Of a DNA stretch of 64,000 nt, positions 10,411-21,100 are shown piece after piece. The position numbers and the translations under genes are program-made. The notes below the pieces were generated by a model. The model saw only the letters and a program-made list of their open reading frames with translations. It had not been told where the DNA came from and made no database searches. Source of the DNA: a bacterium (GTDB lineage: Bacteria > JAAXHH01); contig CBDETH010000008.1 of NCBI GenBank assembly GCA_965242885.1, forward strand, positions 461,537-525,536, read 5' to 3'. The stretch's first letter is position 1; each line of letters begins with the position of its first letter.

Positions 10411-13400
10411 TCTCTTCATCCTCCTCCTCTGATGGAAGGTATTGATCTCTGGCTTCTTTCGCAGACCTCGTCGCTGCTTGATTCACAGTTGAACCAGAAG
10501 TGGTCTCCAATATGGTCTTAGAGATTTCTCCCGTTCCTGCGCGACCAGTGAAACTGCTGGCTGGCTTACCCAGAAATACGCTAGAAACGATATCTATGAC
10601 AATATTGGATGCTGATCCTTCTTCACCTGCATTGATTTTCCGTTGTTCGTGTAAAGAACTAAATCCCATATCGACCGCAACTTCGGTGAAGATGCGTGAA
10701 CTTCGACTCAATCTAACAAGTGAGGAAGCCATTCCATATGGGGTTGCGCTTGCCGTCGCTGATATTCCCACTGAAACAAGATCAATCTCGTTTAGTGAAC
10801 GATCTTCAAATCCTACCTGGATTGCAACGTCGATAGCCGCACCCACAACAGCCCCAATGAGAGGCGCAACAAAAAAAGCGTTCCCGTCCGGATCCACGTA
10901 TTTCAGCGGATTATTTGCGGCATAGGCGTACGGGCTGATCCCCGGATACTCGTCCTGCATGGGATCGGGCCGCAGGAACCTGCCTATGTCGTAAGCGTAC
11001 GACCTCGCCAGCATGTAGTCAAGGCCGGACTCGGCGTCCCTCTCATGACCCGTGAACCGGAAGTGCGTGGCGCCCGTGCCGCTCGATGCGAGGATCTCGC
11101 CGTATGGCCAGTAGTCGTAGGCGGCGGTGACACTGCCGGCTTCGTCGACCAGGCTCCGGGTACTCCCCAGGTGGTCGGCGAGATAGTAGCTAGCGCTATC
11201 TCCGGCTAAGCGGGCGATGCGCCTGCTTCCCGCGTACACGTAATTGGCTGACAGGTTCTGCCCCGAGTACTCGGCCAGGACGTTGCCGCCCGGACCTCTC
11301 AGGTAGTACGTCGTAGACGTGCCGACGGTCTTCTTCACGCGCCGTCTGTCCGGATCCATGAAGTACCGCGCGGTGCCGTAGCCCGTGATGAGTCCCCGGT
11401 AGTCGTATCTCACCGTATCTGCGCCCTTGCGCGTCATCCACCCGTTCTGGTTGTAAACGTAGGTCTGCCCCCCTGTGCCCGTGGTGCTGTCCAGCCTGTT
11501 GGGCGTCGAGTTTCCGGAGTAGTTGTAGGTGAGCCGACTGCTGCCGGTCATCATGGACGTCAGGTTGCCGCTTTGGTCGTAGGCATAGTCCCGGTTTGTG
11601 CCGCCGGTCAGGTCGAAGCCGGTGATCCGGTAGAGGGCATCGTAGGCGTAGTCCGCGGTTTTGGACGCGGCGTTGCCATGGCTGTACTTCTGCCTGGTGA
11701 CGTTGCCGGCGAGGTCGTACGTAAGCTCGGATCTGAACTTGCCCGCATAGTCGATTTCGGTGACCCACTCGCGCGGGTTGTAGGCGTAGGTTCCGGTTAC
11801 GACGTCTTCACCGGCGACGTGGGTCTCGATATTGCCCGCGGCGGTGTGGGTATACACCGCGAGCGTGTTGCCATTCGCATCCCACACGCGGGTCGGGCGA
11901 CCTGCGTTGTCATATGCATAACGCGCCTGTGCGCCGTCCGGATAGACCAGGCGGGTCACCCGCCCTGCCAGGTCATGGGTATAGGCGGCCGTCTTCGCGC
12001 CTGTCAGGCCCTCGATTTCCACCTGCTTGACGCGCACGCTTCCCAGGTGGTCGTAGGCGTACTCGTGGACGACCTCGGCGGCCGCGTCGGCGTCGGTGTT
12101 TTCCTCGACTTTAGTCAGGCGCCCCTGGGCGTAGTTGGGACCGCCGCCAGCGACCTCGTTGCCTGCGACAGGATCGCCCGCGACAAGGCCGCCGCCGTCG
12201 TAGGTCATGCGGCTTCGCCACGACGAGGCGTCGTTTTCGAAGGGGTAGGACCGCTCCGGATCGAGACGTGAGAAGTTGGCCGCCGCCTCTCCCACGCGGG
12301 TCACGCGCCCGAAGTCGTCGTAGACGGTGTAGGTGATTTTCCTGTTGGCGCCCGTGCCGGCGGCGCGCTGCCGGGCGTCCTGCGAGAAGCGCATTCTGCC
12401 GAGGTCGTCGTACTTGTACAGCGTGGCGCCGTCGGCGTCGGGGTGATGCCGGCTGATCATGCGGCCGAGGGTGTCGTAGGCGTAGCGAGAGATGGCGGTC
12501 ACGGGATTGGTGGTGGTGCCTCTCTCGGGCATGGTGGTCGAGGTGAGCCGGTCCAGGGCGTCATATGAAAAAGACGTCCTGTTGTTCCTGGTGCCGGCGC
12601 TCGTGCCCGCCGAGTCGGCGATGACGTGGCGCATGCGCCCATAGGGGTCATAGACCCTGGTGGTGGCCACACCCTTTTCATCGTCGACGGTCTGGAACGA
12701 TCGACCTTGTCCGGACTCAGTGCCCCAGTTCCCGTATCGGTTGTCTACAGCCGAGTTGTTGTCGTGGCCGGGCGGGACGACGCTGGAGACCCTCAGCAGT
12801 GGGTCGTCGTCGTATGTGGTCGTCGTAACGCGGTCGTCCGCGGCGGTCTCGGCCAGGGCGCTGTAGACATACGAGGGCGACTGATGCACGGGACCGAGCC
12901 GTTTTTCGGGCTTGCCCGCCCGGTTGTACGTCGTCCGGGTGACGATGTCGTTGGCTTCGGCCCCTGCCCGCGTCTGTATCGGGCGCGCCAGGCCGTCGTA
13001 GTAGGTCGCGGCCGCTTCCGCCTTGCCGACGTAGAGGTTGGCGAGATAGCCGTCGCCGGACTCGCCGGCCGCCCTGAACGCGGGCGTCCAGTTCGCCGGG
13101 ACGGCGACCGAGGCCGATGCGCCTTTGGACCGGGTGTCCCTATGACCGTAGAGCCAGGCGTTCACCCTGCCCGAGGGCAGCAGCTCCATCTCGACACGGG
13201 CCCAGGGCCAGCTCGAGTTGTATCCGGGCGCCATGGCCCTGGATGCGGCGGTGCCGCCGATGCGGCTCTCGAGCTTTACGCGACCGTTCTCATACACCAT
13301 GCGGACATAGTCGCCTGCGTCCCTGTCATCAAAAGACAGGATGACGGTTTTTCCCGACGTCGCCGAGCCTGGATGGAAGTCGGCCCTGGCCGTCACGCGG

Positions 13401-16400
13401 CCTTCGACCCTTCCGGTTTCGAGGACGGAGGAGGGTCCGAGTTTCACGGACCGCTTCCCTTCCTTCTGCTGGTTGTAGACGACAGCCCCGCTGCCGGTGA
13501 CTTCATCGCCGCCCGCGCGGGGGTCGATGCCGGCGCGGAAGTTCGACCCTTCCTTCGCGTGGAAGCCGGGACCGAGGACGATGCGCACGCTGGCTTTTAG
13601 TTCCACGGTCTCTCCGGGTTCGACGACGTAGGGACCGCGGGTCGCGAGACTTACACCCTCTTCAAGGCGGTCGCCACTGCCGCGGACCAGGGTCCGGTGC
13701 CCGTCCCTGGACAGATCCTTGTGGCCGTCTTTGGAAGGGTAGGCGATATCGGTCTGCCGGTTGGGCCGGGATGTGTTGTACGCGCTGGTTCCGCTGATGC
13801 CGCGGGAGAAGGCGTGGTCCCGCTGGGCGGTCAGGCGTCCCCTGCCGTCCGTGGTCTGCACGACGCGGCGCAGGCCGTCCCTTGCGTACCGGACGGTATG
13901 TCCGTTCGCGTCGGTAACGGCTATGGCGTCCAGGGTCACCGGATCGTAGGTGGTCATGGCGCCCGGCTGCGCGCCTTCCGGCCATGCGCGCAGGTTATCG
14001 AAGGACGCGACGACCGGCTGCACACCGTTGGCCAGCCTGACGGCGTCGACGACGCCTCTGCGGCCCCTCATGTTCCATGCGCCGGTCTTCGGGTAGCGCG
14101 CGCCGTCCATGCGGGCCCACCACCGGCCGTTCTTCCAGGCGATGCGCAGATGATGCCAGCGGCCGGGCACGTAGCGCGCGCCCGTGTCCTTGAGGGTCCC
14201 GTTGTCGGCGGCCTTCACGCTGCCGTCCCGTTCGAAGACCCAACGGATGCGGTTGTTTCCCAGGGTTACCTCGGTCCGTTCGTCGGTGGCCTGCACCCTG
14301 GCGTCGACCTCGAACACGCCGGCGGCCAGGGAGGGCAGGGTGCGTTCGGCCACGGCGTTGTCCAGGGCGAGGGCGCCGTCCTCCAGGGTGACGGCGCCGG
14401 CCCTGGTGTCGGCCCTGTGCCACGGAGTAGCGGCTACGAGCGCGTCCCAGCCGGCGTGGTCGTCGAAGACCTCGGCGGTTACTTTCGATGCATCGCCGCC
14501 GGTGAAGGTGGCCACGGGCCGCATCCGGCCATAGCCCATGATCGTGGACGTCACCGTGCCATGGGCGTCCTTCGCCGCTATCAGGTTGCCGTAGGCGTCG
14601 TAGGCGGCGGCCACCTGCCGGTCGATCCACTCGTTTGCATCCACCACGCCGTCCGCGTTGCGGTCCAGCCATGCCGAGGTGGTGTCGGGCATGATGATGG
14701 CGTTGTTTCCGTGGACAAACCGGCCGTAGCGATACCTGGTGGACTGCAGCTTGTTACCGGATCCGTCCCTGACGGTGACCACGTGGGGGCGGTCCAAGAT
14801 GTAGGCGCGTTCGAGGAACACGTCTTCGGGGTCGTCGGCGGCAAGGACGGTGACCTGGATGTCCCTGGCGTATACCCTGATCTTGCGGTACACGGCCTGC
14901 TGCGGCTTGTACACGCCGGCGTACATCGTGAGGTTGACCCTGGCGCTGTCCGCGCTCGAAGGCACGGGCATGAGGACGTCGAAGGTTCTTTCCTGCGGAT
15001 CGGGCCGTCCGCCGCCCAGGGGCACGACCTGCGTCAGCGACGCGACCGGACGGCTGCCGGCGTTCTTCCAGGCGACGGTCACCGTGACGCCGGCGTACAT
15101 GTTGTCGCCGCCCTGGAGCTGATCGGTCCCGAGGACGCCGCGGATGCGCAGCGCATCGTGACCGGACACGGAGAAGCGCCGGCCCTCGAAGTCATAGAAT
15201 CCGGTGCTCTCGATGGCCGAGTCCGCGTTAAGGAAGGCCTCCACCGAGGCCACGGGCGGATCGCCGGAGCTAAGGAAGGCGGCGTGGGTGCGGTTGCCCG
15301 TGGATATGGAGGTGTCAAGGACGGGCTGTCCGAAGGCCACGGCCACCGGGCTCCTCGTCACCTGGCCCGCGTGATAGCTGGTCTCGGTGACGCGCAGGGT
15401 GTGGCTGCCGGACTTGAGCGTCTCGCGGGCCACAAGGCCGTTCCTGGCATTGTGCGTACGTTCAGTCGTAGTGCTGACCCCGTCCCTGGTAGTCGTAGTC
15501 TCCTGCGCCCTGATCCAGTAGGCCTGCTGCGGGATGCCCGGGTGGTAGAACGGCTCCCAGCGGCCGGTCCAGGTGCCCTGGGTCGTGACCTGCCAGTCCG
15601 TCCGCTGCCGCTGGACCACGTTCCCGGACGCGTCGTAGTGGATCGCCTGTTCCAGCAGTCCCCTGCGGATGCCGCGTTCGGACTCCTGCTTCTTGTTCGT
15701 GGCCGAGAGTCCCAGGGCGTCCAGGTCGGCCTCGCTCACGAAGTCGCGCCGTATTTTCCCATGGCCGCCGGGCAGGACCTCGTCCACCACGGGGAAGGTG
15801 ATCCGCCGCACGCGCCGGTCGTCGATGATGTCCATGACAGCCGCCGCCTGCAAATAGCTGAACGCCGTGGTGTCCGGCGGGACCGGCCCCCCGCTGCCGT
15901 CGGCGTCCCATATCCTGTGACTGATGCGGCGGGACCGGTCGAAATAGGCGTCATCGTATTTAAGCGTGGTATCGGGAGGTGCGACCTCCTCGTAGGCGAT
16001 CTTCATCTCCCCGCCCGCGGGCGTGACGAGCTTCGTGATGCGGTAGCTGTCGGCCAGGGTGTTGGTGAAGCGGTACGGCGGCACCTGATCGGCGGCCGCG
16101 TTCCCCGTGCCCATGACGGCGATCTCCTCGAGCAGGAGCGTGCGCGCATTGTCGCCCGAGGCTACGGCAGGCCTCGGAGGACCGCCGTTGGCGCCGTCGT
16201 AGCGGAACACGTAGCGGGCAATCTGATTGCCATCGGGAGCCGTGACGGTCAGGGCGTCGAGGCGGTGCGCGCTCGCAATACCGTCGTACATCCGGTAATT
16301 CCGGCTGTCGGTGACCAGGTGATGGCCATAGGGCAGGGTCTCGCCCGCCGGCGTGGAGAAGTAGTTGTCGTAGGTGATCTTCACCGATGTGTTGGAGTTG

Positions 16401-17518
16401 CTCGGCGTATACGCAGCGATATGGATATCGGGTCTGGCGCTGGTCTCGGTCGTGATCTTGCGCACGACTTTCCCGTCCGCCCCGGCGAGGATGGCCTTCG
16501 ACAGGTGCGCCGTGTTGAACGTCTTGACCACGGTCAGGTTGGCGCGGCTTTGACCGACCGTAATCCCGCCGGGAAAGCGCGGGTCGATGTCGGCGAAGGT
16601 GAGCAGGTTGCGAAAGGAACGTGTGGCCTCCGCCCGTTCCTTCGCCCAGTCCCGGACCGTGGTCACCGGACCGTCGGAAACGTACCTGAACCGGATTGTG
16701 TTGCCGGCCTGGTCCCTGATTTCGGCCAGATTCCACTGGTACACCATCTCGGGCATGAGTTCTTTGAAACCGCCCTGCTGCACGGCGCCGCCCTTGACGG
16801 TCTGGTTCATGCCGTAGTCCTGCCCGCCGATCGTGACCGCGCCGAAGGTGTAGGTCAGGCCCGACACGGTCCTGGCCGTCCACGTGGAGGCCAGCGGCGC
16901 GTTCCGGTTGAAGTTCCACCGGACTTCCATGAAGCGCCGGTTCTCGGCGAAATAGACGTTGGTGGGGGGAAGCCGCGCGCCCGGCGTGGCGGCGCGCTGC
17001 GAGTCGTCGAGCTGGCGCACCAGGCGGTGCGATCCGTCGGGAAGCACCATGGACAGGTTGAAGGAGAAGGGGTGGTTGATCGGGCTGGTCGTATCCTTGA
17101 GCTCGTAGCCGCCGGTCACCCGGATCGCCCCAAACTCCAGGTTCCAGCCCAGGCCCACCCACGTGGCGTTGTTGAGCGTGACCGTGCCCTTGCTCTGCGT
17201 GGACGTGACATCGGGGTCGTCGGAGAGCCTGATGAGCCGGTCCGTGCCCGTCACCGCGCTGCTGTAGCGCAGGTTCAGGGGCAAGGACAGGCCGCCCGCG
17301 CCTTCTACCTCGCCCAGCGGCAGCGCGTAGGACCAGTTGCCGGAGAAATAGTCCACCTGGTCCGCGTCGATGACGCCGGAGAGGCTGTCGAAGTCATAGG
17401 CGCCTTTGGCGGCATCGATGATCGTCGTCTGGCCGTGCACGTTCAGTGCCGCCATGGAGAGCAGGAGGAGGCCGAGGAGCGTCCTCAGGGCGAAACGGTA
17501 CAGGTGGTGTCCTGGCAT
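10400..17518 (-). CDS. Full-length Rhs/YD-repeat polymorphic toxin (~2372 aa) with a Sec-type signal peptide
   Basis: ATG 17518 is preceded by AAAGGAG. N-terminus MPGHHLYRFALRTLLGLLLLSMAALNVHG-Q. Also LNLRYSS...WVGLGWNL (SpvB/TcB-like start), YD repeats, a DUF6443-like YYDGLARPIQT..DIVTRTTY segment, the Rhs core ending YVDPDG, and a ~160-aa tip. Confidence 0.92.
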   Translation of the reverse strand: MPGHHLYRFALRTLLGLLLLSMAALNVHGQTTIIDAAKGAYDFDSLSGVIDADQVDYFSGNWSYALPLGEVEGAGGLSLPLNLRYSSAVTGTDRLIRLSDDPDVTSTQSKGTVTLNNATWVGLGWNLEFGAIRVTGGYELKDTTSPINHPFSFNLSMVLPDGSHRLVRQLDDSQRAATPGARLPPTNVYFAENRRFMEVRWNFNRNAPLASTWTARTVSGLTYTFGAVTIGGQDYGMNQTVKGGAVQQGGFKELMPEMVYQWNLAEIRDQAGNTIRFRYVSDGPVTTVRDWAKERAEATRSFRNLLTFADIDPRFPGGITVGQSRANLTVVKTFNTAHLSKAILAGADGKVVRKITTETSARPDIHIAAYTPSNSNTSVKITYDNYFSTPAGETLPYGHHLVTDSRNYRMYDGIASAHRLDALTVTAPDGNQIARYVFRYDGANGGPPRPAVASGDNARTLLLEEIAVMGTGNAAADQVPPYRFTNTLADSYRITKLVTPAGGEMKIAYEEVAPPDTTLKYDDAYFDRSRRISHRIWDADGSGGPVPPDTTAFSYLQAAAVMDIIDDRRVRRITFPVVDEVLPGGHGKIRRDFVSEADLDALGLSATNKKQESERGIRRGLLEQAIHYDASGNVVQRQRTDWQVTTQGTWTGRWEPFYHPGIPQQAYWIRAQETTTTRDGVSTTTERTHNARNGLVARETLKSGSHTLRVTETSYHAGQVTRSPVAVAFGQPVLDTSISTGNRTHAAFLSSGDPPVASVEAFLNADSAIESTGFYDFEGRRFSVSGHDALRIRGVLGTDQLQGGDNMYAGVTVTVAWKNAGSRPVASLTQVVPLGGGRPDPQERTFDVLMPVPSSADSARVNLTMYAGVYKPQQAVYRKIRVYARDIQVTVLAADDPEDVFLERAYILDRPHVVTVRDGSGNKLQSTRYRYGRFVHGNNAIIMPDTTSAWLDRNADGVVDANEWIDRQVAAAYDAYGNLIAAKDAHGTVTSTIMGYGRMRPVATFTGGDASKVTAEVFDDHAGWDALVAATPWHRADTRAGAVTLEDGALALDNAVAERTLPSLAAGVFEVDARVQATDERTEVTLGNNRIRWVFERDGSVKAADNGTLKDTGARYVPGRWHHLRIAWKNGRWWARMDGARYPKTGAWNMRGRRGVVDAVRLANGVQPVVASFDNLRAWPEGAQPGAMTTYDPVTLDAIAVTDANGHTVRYARDGLRRVVQTTDGRGRLTAQRDHAFSRGISGTSAYNTSRPNRQTDIAYPSKDGHKDLSRDGHRTLVRGSGDRLEEGVSLATRGPYVVEPGETVELKASVRIVLGPGFHAKEGSNFRAGIDPRAGGDEVTGSGAVVYNQQKEGKRSVKLGPSSVLETGRVEGRVTARADFHPGSATSGKTVILSFDDRDAGDYVRMVYENGRVKLESRIGGTAASRAMAPGYNSSWPWARVEMELLPSGRVNAWLYGHRDTRSKGASASVAVPANWTPAFRAAGESGDGYLANLYVGKAEAAATYYDGLARPIQTRAGAEANDIVTRTTYNRAGKPEKRLGPVHQSPSYVYSALAETAADDRVTTTTYDDDPLLRVSSVVPPGHDNNSAVDNRYGNWGTESGQGRSFQTVDDEKGVATTRVYDPYGRMRHVIADSAGTSAGTRNNRTSFSYDALDRLTSTTMPERGTTTNPVTAISRYAYDTLGRMISRHHPDADGATLYKYDDLGRMRFSQDARQRAAGTGANRKITYTVYDDFGRVTRVGEAAANFSRLDPERSYPFENDASSWRSRMTYDGGGLVAGDPVAGNEVAGGGPNYAQGRLTKVEENTDADAAAEVVHEYAYDHLGSVRVKQVEIEGLTGAKTAAYTHDLAGRVTRLVYPDGAQARYAYDNAGRPTRVWDANGNTLAVYTHTAAGNIETHVAGEDVVTGTYAYNPREWVTEIDYAGKFRSELTYDLAGNVTRQKYSHGNAASKTADYAYDALYRITGFDLTGGTNRDYAYDQSGNLTSMMTGSSRLTYNYSGNSTPNRLDSTTGTGGQTYVYNQNGWMTRKGADTVRYDYRGLITGYGTARYFMDPDRRRVKKTVGTSTTYYLRGPGGNVLAEYSGQNLSANYVYAGSRRIARLAGDSASYYLADHLGSTRSLVDEAGSVTAAYDYWPYGEILASSGTGATHFRFTGHERDAESGLDYMLARSYAYDIGRFLRPDPMQDEYPGISPYAYAANNPLKYVDPDGNAFFVAPLIGAVVGAAIDVAIQVGFEDRSLNEIDLVSVGISATASATPYGMASSLVRLSRSSRIFTEVAVDMGFSSLHEQRKINAGEEGSASNIVIDIVSSVFLGKPASSFTGRAGTGEISKTILETTSGSTVNQAATRSAKEARDQYLPSEEEDEENEH

Positions 17519-17840
17519 GATGAACTCCTTTACAATGGTCGTTGCAATGGTTGTAGCGGAAGTGTGGTTGCACTTGAAACGCGACGTTAACGCATGAATG
17601 AAACCGGTGATCACCGACATGATGAATGAGCTCCTTGTCTTGAGTATGAGCGGCTGCACGACGCGCGGCCGTCTGGGTGCGAACGATCGATGCGGTATGG
17701 ACCGTGTGCCGGATGCCGGGTGATCAACAGATCCGGCGCGAACCGCCGGGCATGCTGGATGTGTCGGGCATGTCGGGCATTCCGGGTCTACGTCTCGCGA
17801 CGCTTGATCCGGATGTGAGGCTGAGGAGAAAAAGGGCATG

Positions 17841-17882
17841 AAAAATCCCCGTGCCGTGGGTGGATCAGAAGTAGCACGGGGA
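17841..17882 (-). terminator. Intrinsic terminator-like hairpin in the rhs 5' leader
   Basis: Minus strand: TCCCCGTGC-loop-GCACGGGGA followed by TTTTT. Confidence 0.5.
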
Positions 17883-17976
17883 CGCTTGAAGGTCCGCGGG
17901 GTGCGGGTCCGCTAAGGGACGCGAGGATGTCCTGATTCGGTTGTCGTTACGCCCGTTAAATGGGCATGATGGCTAC

Positions 17977-18005
17977 ACTATACATGTGTTTTGTAAACGT
18001 GTCAA
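17977..18005 (-). promoter_or_regulatory. Sigma70-type promoter for the rhs locus
   Basis: Minus strand TTGACA-N17-TATAGT. Confidence 0.7.
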
Positions 18006-18174
18006 GCGGGTTTTGAAAATACCAGACTTGGAATCGTCTTTTTCTTTAGTCCGCCTCAATTCCCGGCGGCCGTGAAAATACCTTGATTTCTAAACACCCG
18101 TATAGCAACTTCCGGTTGCTGTGCCGGCGCGAAACGACCCGATCTTCAAACCCCCGGAACCCGACCTTTTTCCC

Positions 18175-21100
18175 ATGGCCGGAACGACCATACAGATCAA
18201 GGGAGCCCGCGTTCACAACCTGAAGAACGTGAACCTGGACCTGCCGAAAGACGCGCTGATCTGCTTTACCGGCGTATCCGGTTCCGGCAAGTCTTCGCTG
18301 GCCTTCGACACCCTCTACGCCGAGGGCCAGCGGCGGTACGTCGAATCGCTCTCCGCCTACGCGAGGCAGTTCCTCGGCCAGATGCAGAAACCGGACGTCG
18401 ATCGGATCACGGGACTGGCGCCCGCCATTTCCATCGAACAGAAAGCCGCCGGGCTGAATCCCCGGTCCACCGTCGGGACGATCACGGAGATCTACGACTT
18501 TCTGCGCGTGCTCTACGCCCGGGTGGGGGTGCCGCACTGCACGAAGTGCGGTGCACGGATCGGGGCTCAGACCCTCGAACAGATCGTCGCCCGGATCCTG
18601 GCGCTGCCGGAAGGAACGCGGATGCTCGTCCTGGCGCCGGTGATCCAGGGACGCCGCGGCGAGTACCGGGACCTGTTCGAGGACCTGCGCCGGCAGGGCT
18701 ATCTGCGCGCACGGGTGAACGGCGAGGTCGTAAATCTCTCCGAGGATCCCGATCTCGACCGCAACATGCGGCACACGATCGAAGTGGTGACGGACCGCCT
18801 CGTCATGCGGGACGACATCCGCACCCGGCTGGTCGAAGCCGTCGAAGGCGCACTGCACCTTGGACAGGGTACCGTCATGGTCCAGCTGGAGGCAGACGGC
18901 CGGACTTCCGACCTGCTCTTCAGCACCCGGTACGCCTGCACAAAGTGCGATCTGAGTTACGAAGAGCCGACGCCGCAGCTGTTCTCCTTCAACAGTCCGC
19001 AGGGCATGTGCCCGAACTGCCACGGACTGGGCACCATGATGCGGATCGAACCCCGGCTCATCGTGCCCGATCCGTCGAAGTCCATCAACGAAGGCGCGAT
19101 CGAACCCCTTGGTACCATCGCCAACCTCTGGAAACGGCACTTCTACGAAGGGATCGCCCAGCACGTGGGTTTCAGCCTGGACACGCCGTGGGAGCAGTTG
19201 ACCGAAGAGGCGCGGCGGGTGGTGCTGTACGGACTGGGCTACAAGCGCATCACCTTTACGTTCCGCAACGGAAAGGGCGGCGAATGGTCGCACAAGGACC
19301 GGTTCAACGGGGTCGTGAACGATCTGGAGAAGCGCTACCATACGCTCAAGTCCCAGCGGCACAAGGCCGAACTCGAACGGTACATGGCCATAGGGGAATG
19401 TGACCTCTGCCACGGCGAACGCCTTAAACCCGAAGCGCTGTCCGTCACCCTGGGCGGCCTCTCCATCGCCGCGCTGTGCCGCCTTCCCATCCTCGACATC
19501 CGCGCGTTCTTCGAGAAACTGTCCCTGTCGGACGCCGAACGCCAGATCGGCGACGAAGCGCTCAAGGAGATCGTCGCCCGGCTCGACTTCCTGCTCAACG
19601 TGGGTCTCGAATACCTGACGCTGGAACGTACGGCGCCGACGCTTTCCGGCGGGGAGGCGCAGCGCATACGGCTCGCAAGCCAGATCGGCCGCGGGCTCGT
19701 CGGTGTGATGTACGTGCTCGACGAACCGAGCATCGGCCTCCATCCCAGGGACAACCGGCGGCTGCTGGATACCCTGGGCTATCTGCGGGACCAGGGAAAC
19801 ACGGTCATCATCGTCGAACACGATGAAGAGACCATGTGGGCGTCCGACCACATCGTGGACTTCGGCCCGGGTGCCGGTGTCAACGGCGGCGAGATCGTCG
19901 CCGAGGGCCGTCCCGGTGTCGTGGCCGCCAGCACGGCATCGCTGACCGGGCAGTACCTGTGCGGGAAGAAGACGATCCCGGTTCCGGTCTCTCGCCGCAG
20001 CGTTAACGACAGTTGGCTGACGATCCTGGGCGCCCGTCAGAACAACCTCAAGAACCTGGACGTCCGGTTGCCCGTGGGCCGGTTCACCTGCGTCACGGGT
20101 GTATCCGGTTCGGGCAAGAGCTCGCTGATCAACGATATCCTGTACGCGGCTTTGGCCCGGTCGCTGAACAAGGCCGGCACCCAACCGGGCGAGTTCGACG
20201 GGCTCAAAGGCGTGAGTCACCTGGACAAGGTCATCAACATCGACCAGGCGCCTATCGGCCGCACGCCGAGATCGAACCCGGCGACCTATACGAAGGTCTT
20301 CGACGCGATCCGCGCCCTCTTCGCCGAAACCCCGGAGGCCAGGTTGCGCGGCTACAAGCCCGGACGGTTCAGCTTCAACGTGCGGGGTGGCCGGTGCGAG
20401 GCCTGCGAAGGCAACGGCGCGACGCGGGTGGAGATGGATTTCCTGGCGGACATGTGGGTTTCCTGTCCCGTCTGCGAGGGCAGGCGGTTCGACCGGGAAA
20501 CCCTGGAGGTGAAGTACAAGGGGCACTCCATCGCCGACGTGCTCGACCTGGACGTGCAGGAAGCACTGGAGATCTTCGAACACGTTCCTTCCATCGCCCG
20601 GGTGCTCCGGACACTCTACGACGTGGGCCTGGGGTATATCAAGCTGGGCCAGCCCGCGCCCACGCTGTCGGGCGGCGAGGCGCAGCGCATCAAGCTGGGA
20701 CGCGAACTGTGCAAGCGCAGCACGGGGCGGACCATGTATGTGCTGGACGAACCCACGACCGGCCTGCACTTCGAAGACATCACCCACCTGCTCGCCGTGC
20801 TGAACGCCTTCGTGGACAAGGGCAACACCGTCGTCGTCATCGAGCACAACATCGACGTGATCAAGACCGCCGACTGGATCATCGACCTGGGGCCGGAGGG
20901 CGGAGAAGCGGGCGGACGCGTCATCGCCGAGGGCACGCCGGAGACCGTCGCGGACATCACCGATTCGTCCACGGGACAGATCCTGGCGAAAGCACTGCGG
21001 CCTCCCGGATCTCCAGGGGCCTCGCCGGAGACGCCGGCAACATTGCCAGTGACGCCGGAATCATTGCCGGCCGCCGGACAAACTGCCGGTGCGGACGGCC

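Noticed and set aside
10400-10432. Acidic C-terminal tails on toxin tips (SEEEDEENEH, DGEEERDKE) as a possible secretion signal
   Set aside because: Simply explained by GAG/GAA-rich codons acting as the SD of the overlapping immunity genes.
13697-17590. 1297-aa plus-strand ORF and other long antisense ORFs (e.g. 7807-9723, 18046-20847, 46904-48754, 52346-54832)
   Set aside because: Shadow ORFs opposite well-supported genes. They are expected from high-GC codon bias and show no recognisable motifs.
17519-17839. 107-aa N-terminal extension of the Rhs ORF in the ORF track
   Set aside because: Low-complexity sequence whose ATG has no SD. A strong SD and a signal peptide support ATG 17518 (17620 is a possible alternative).
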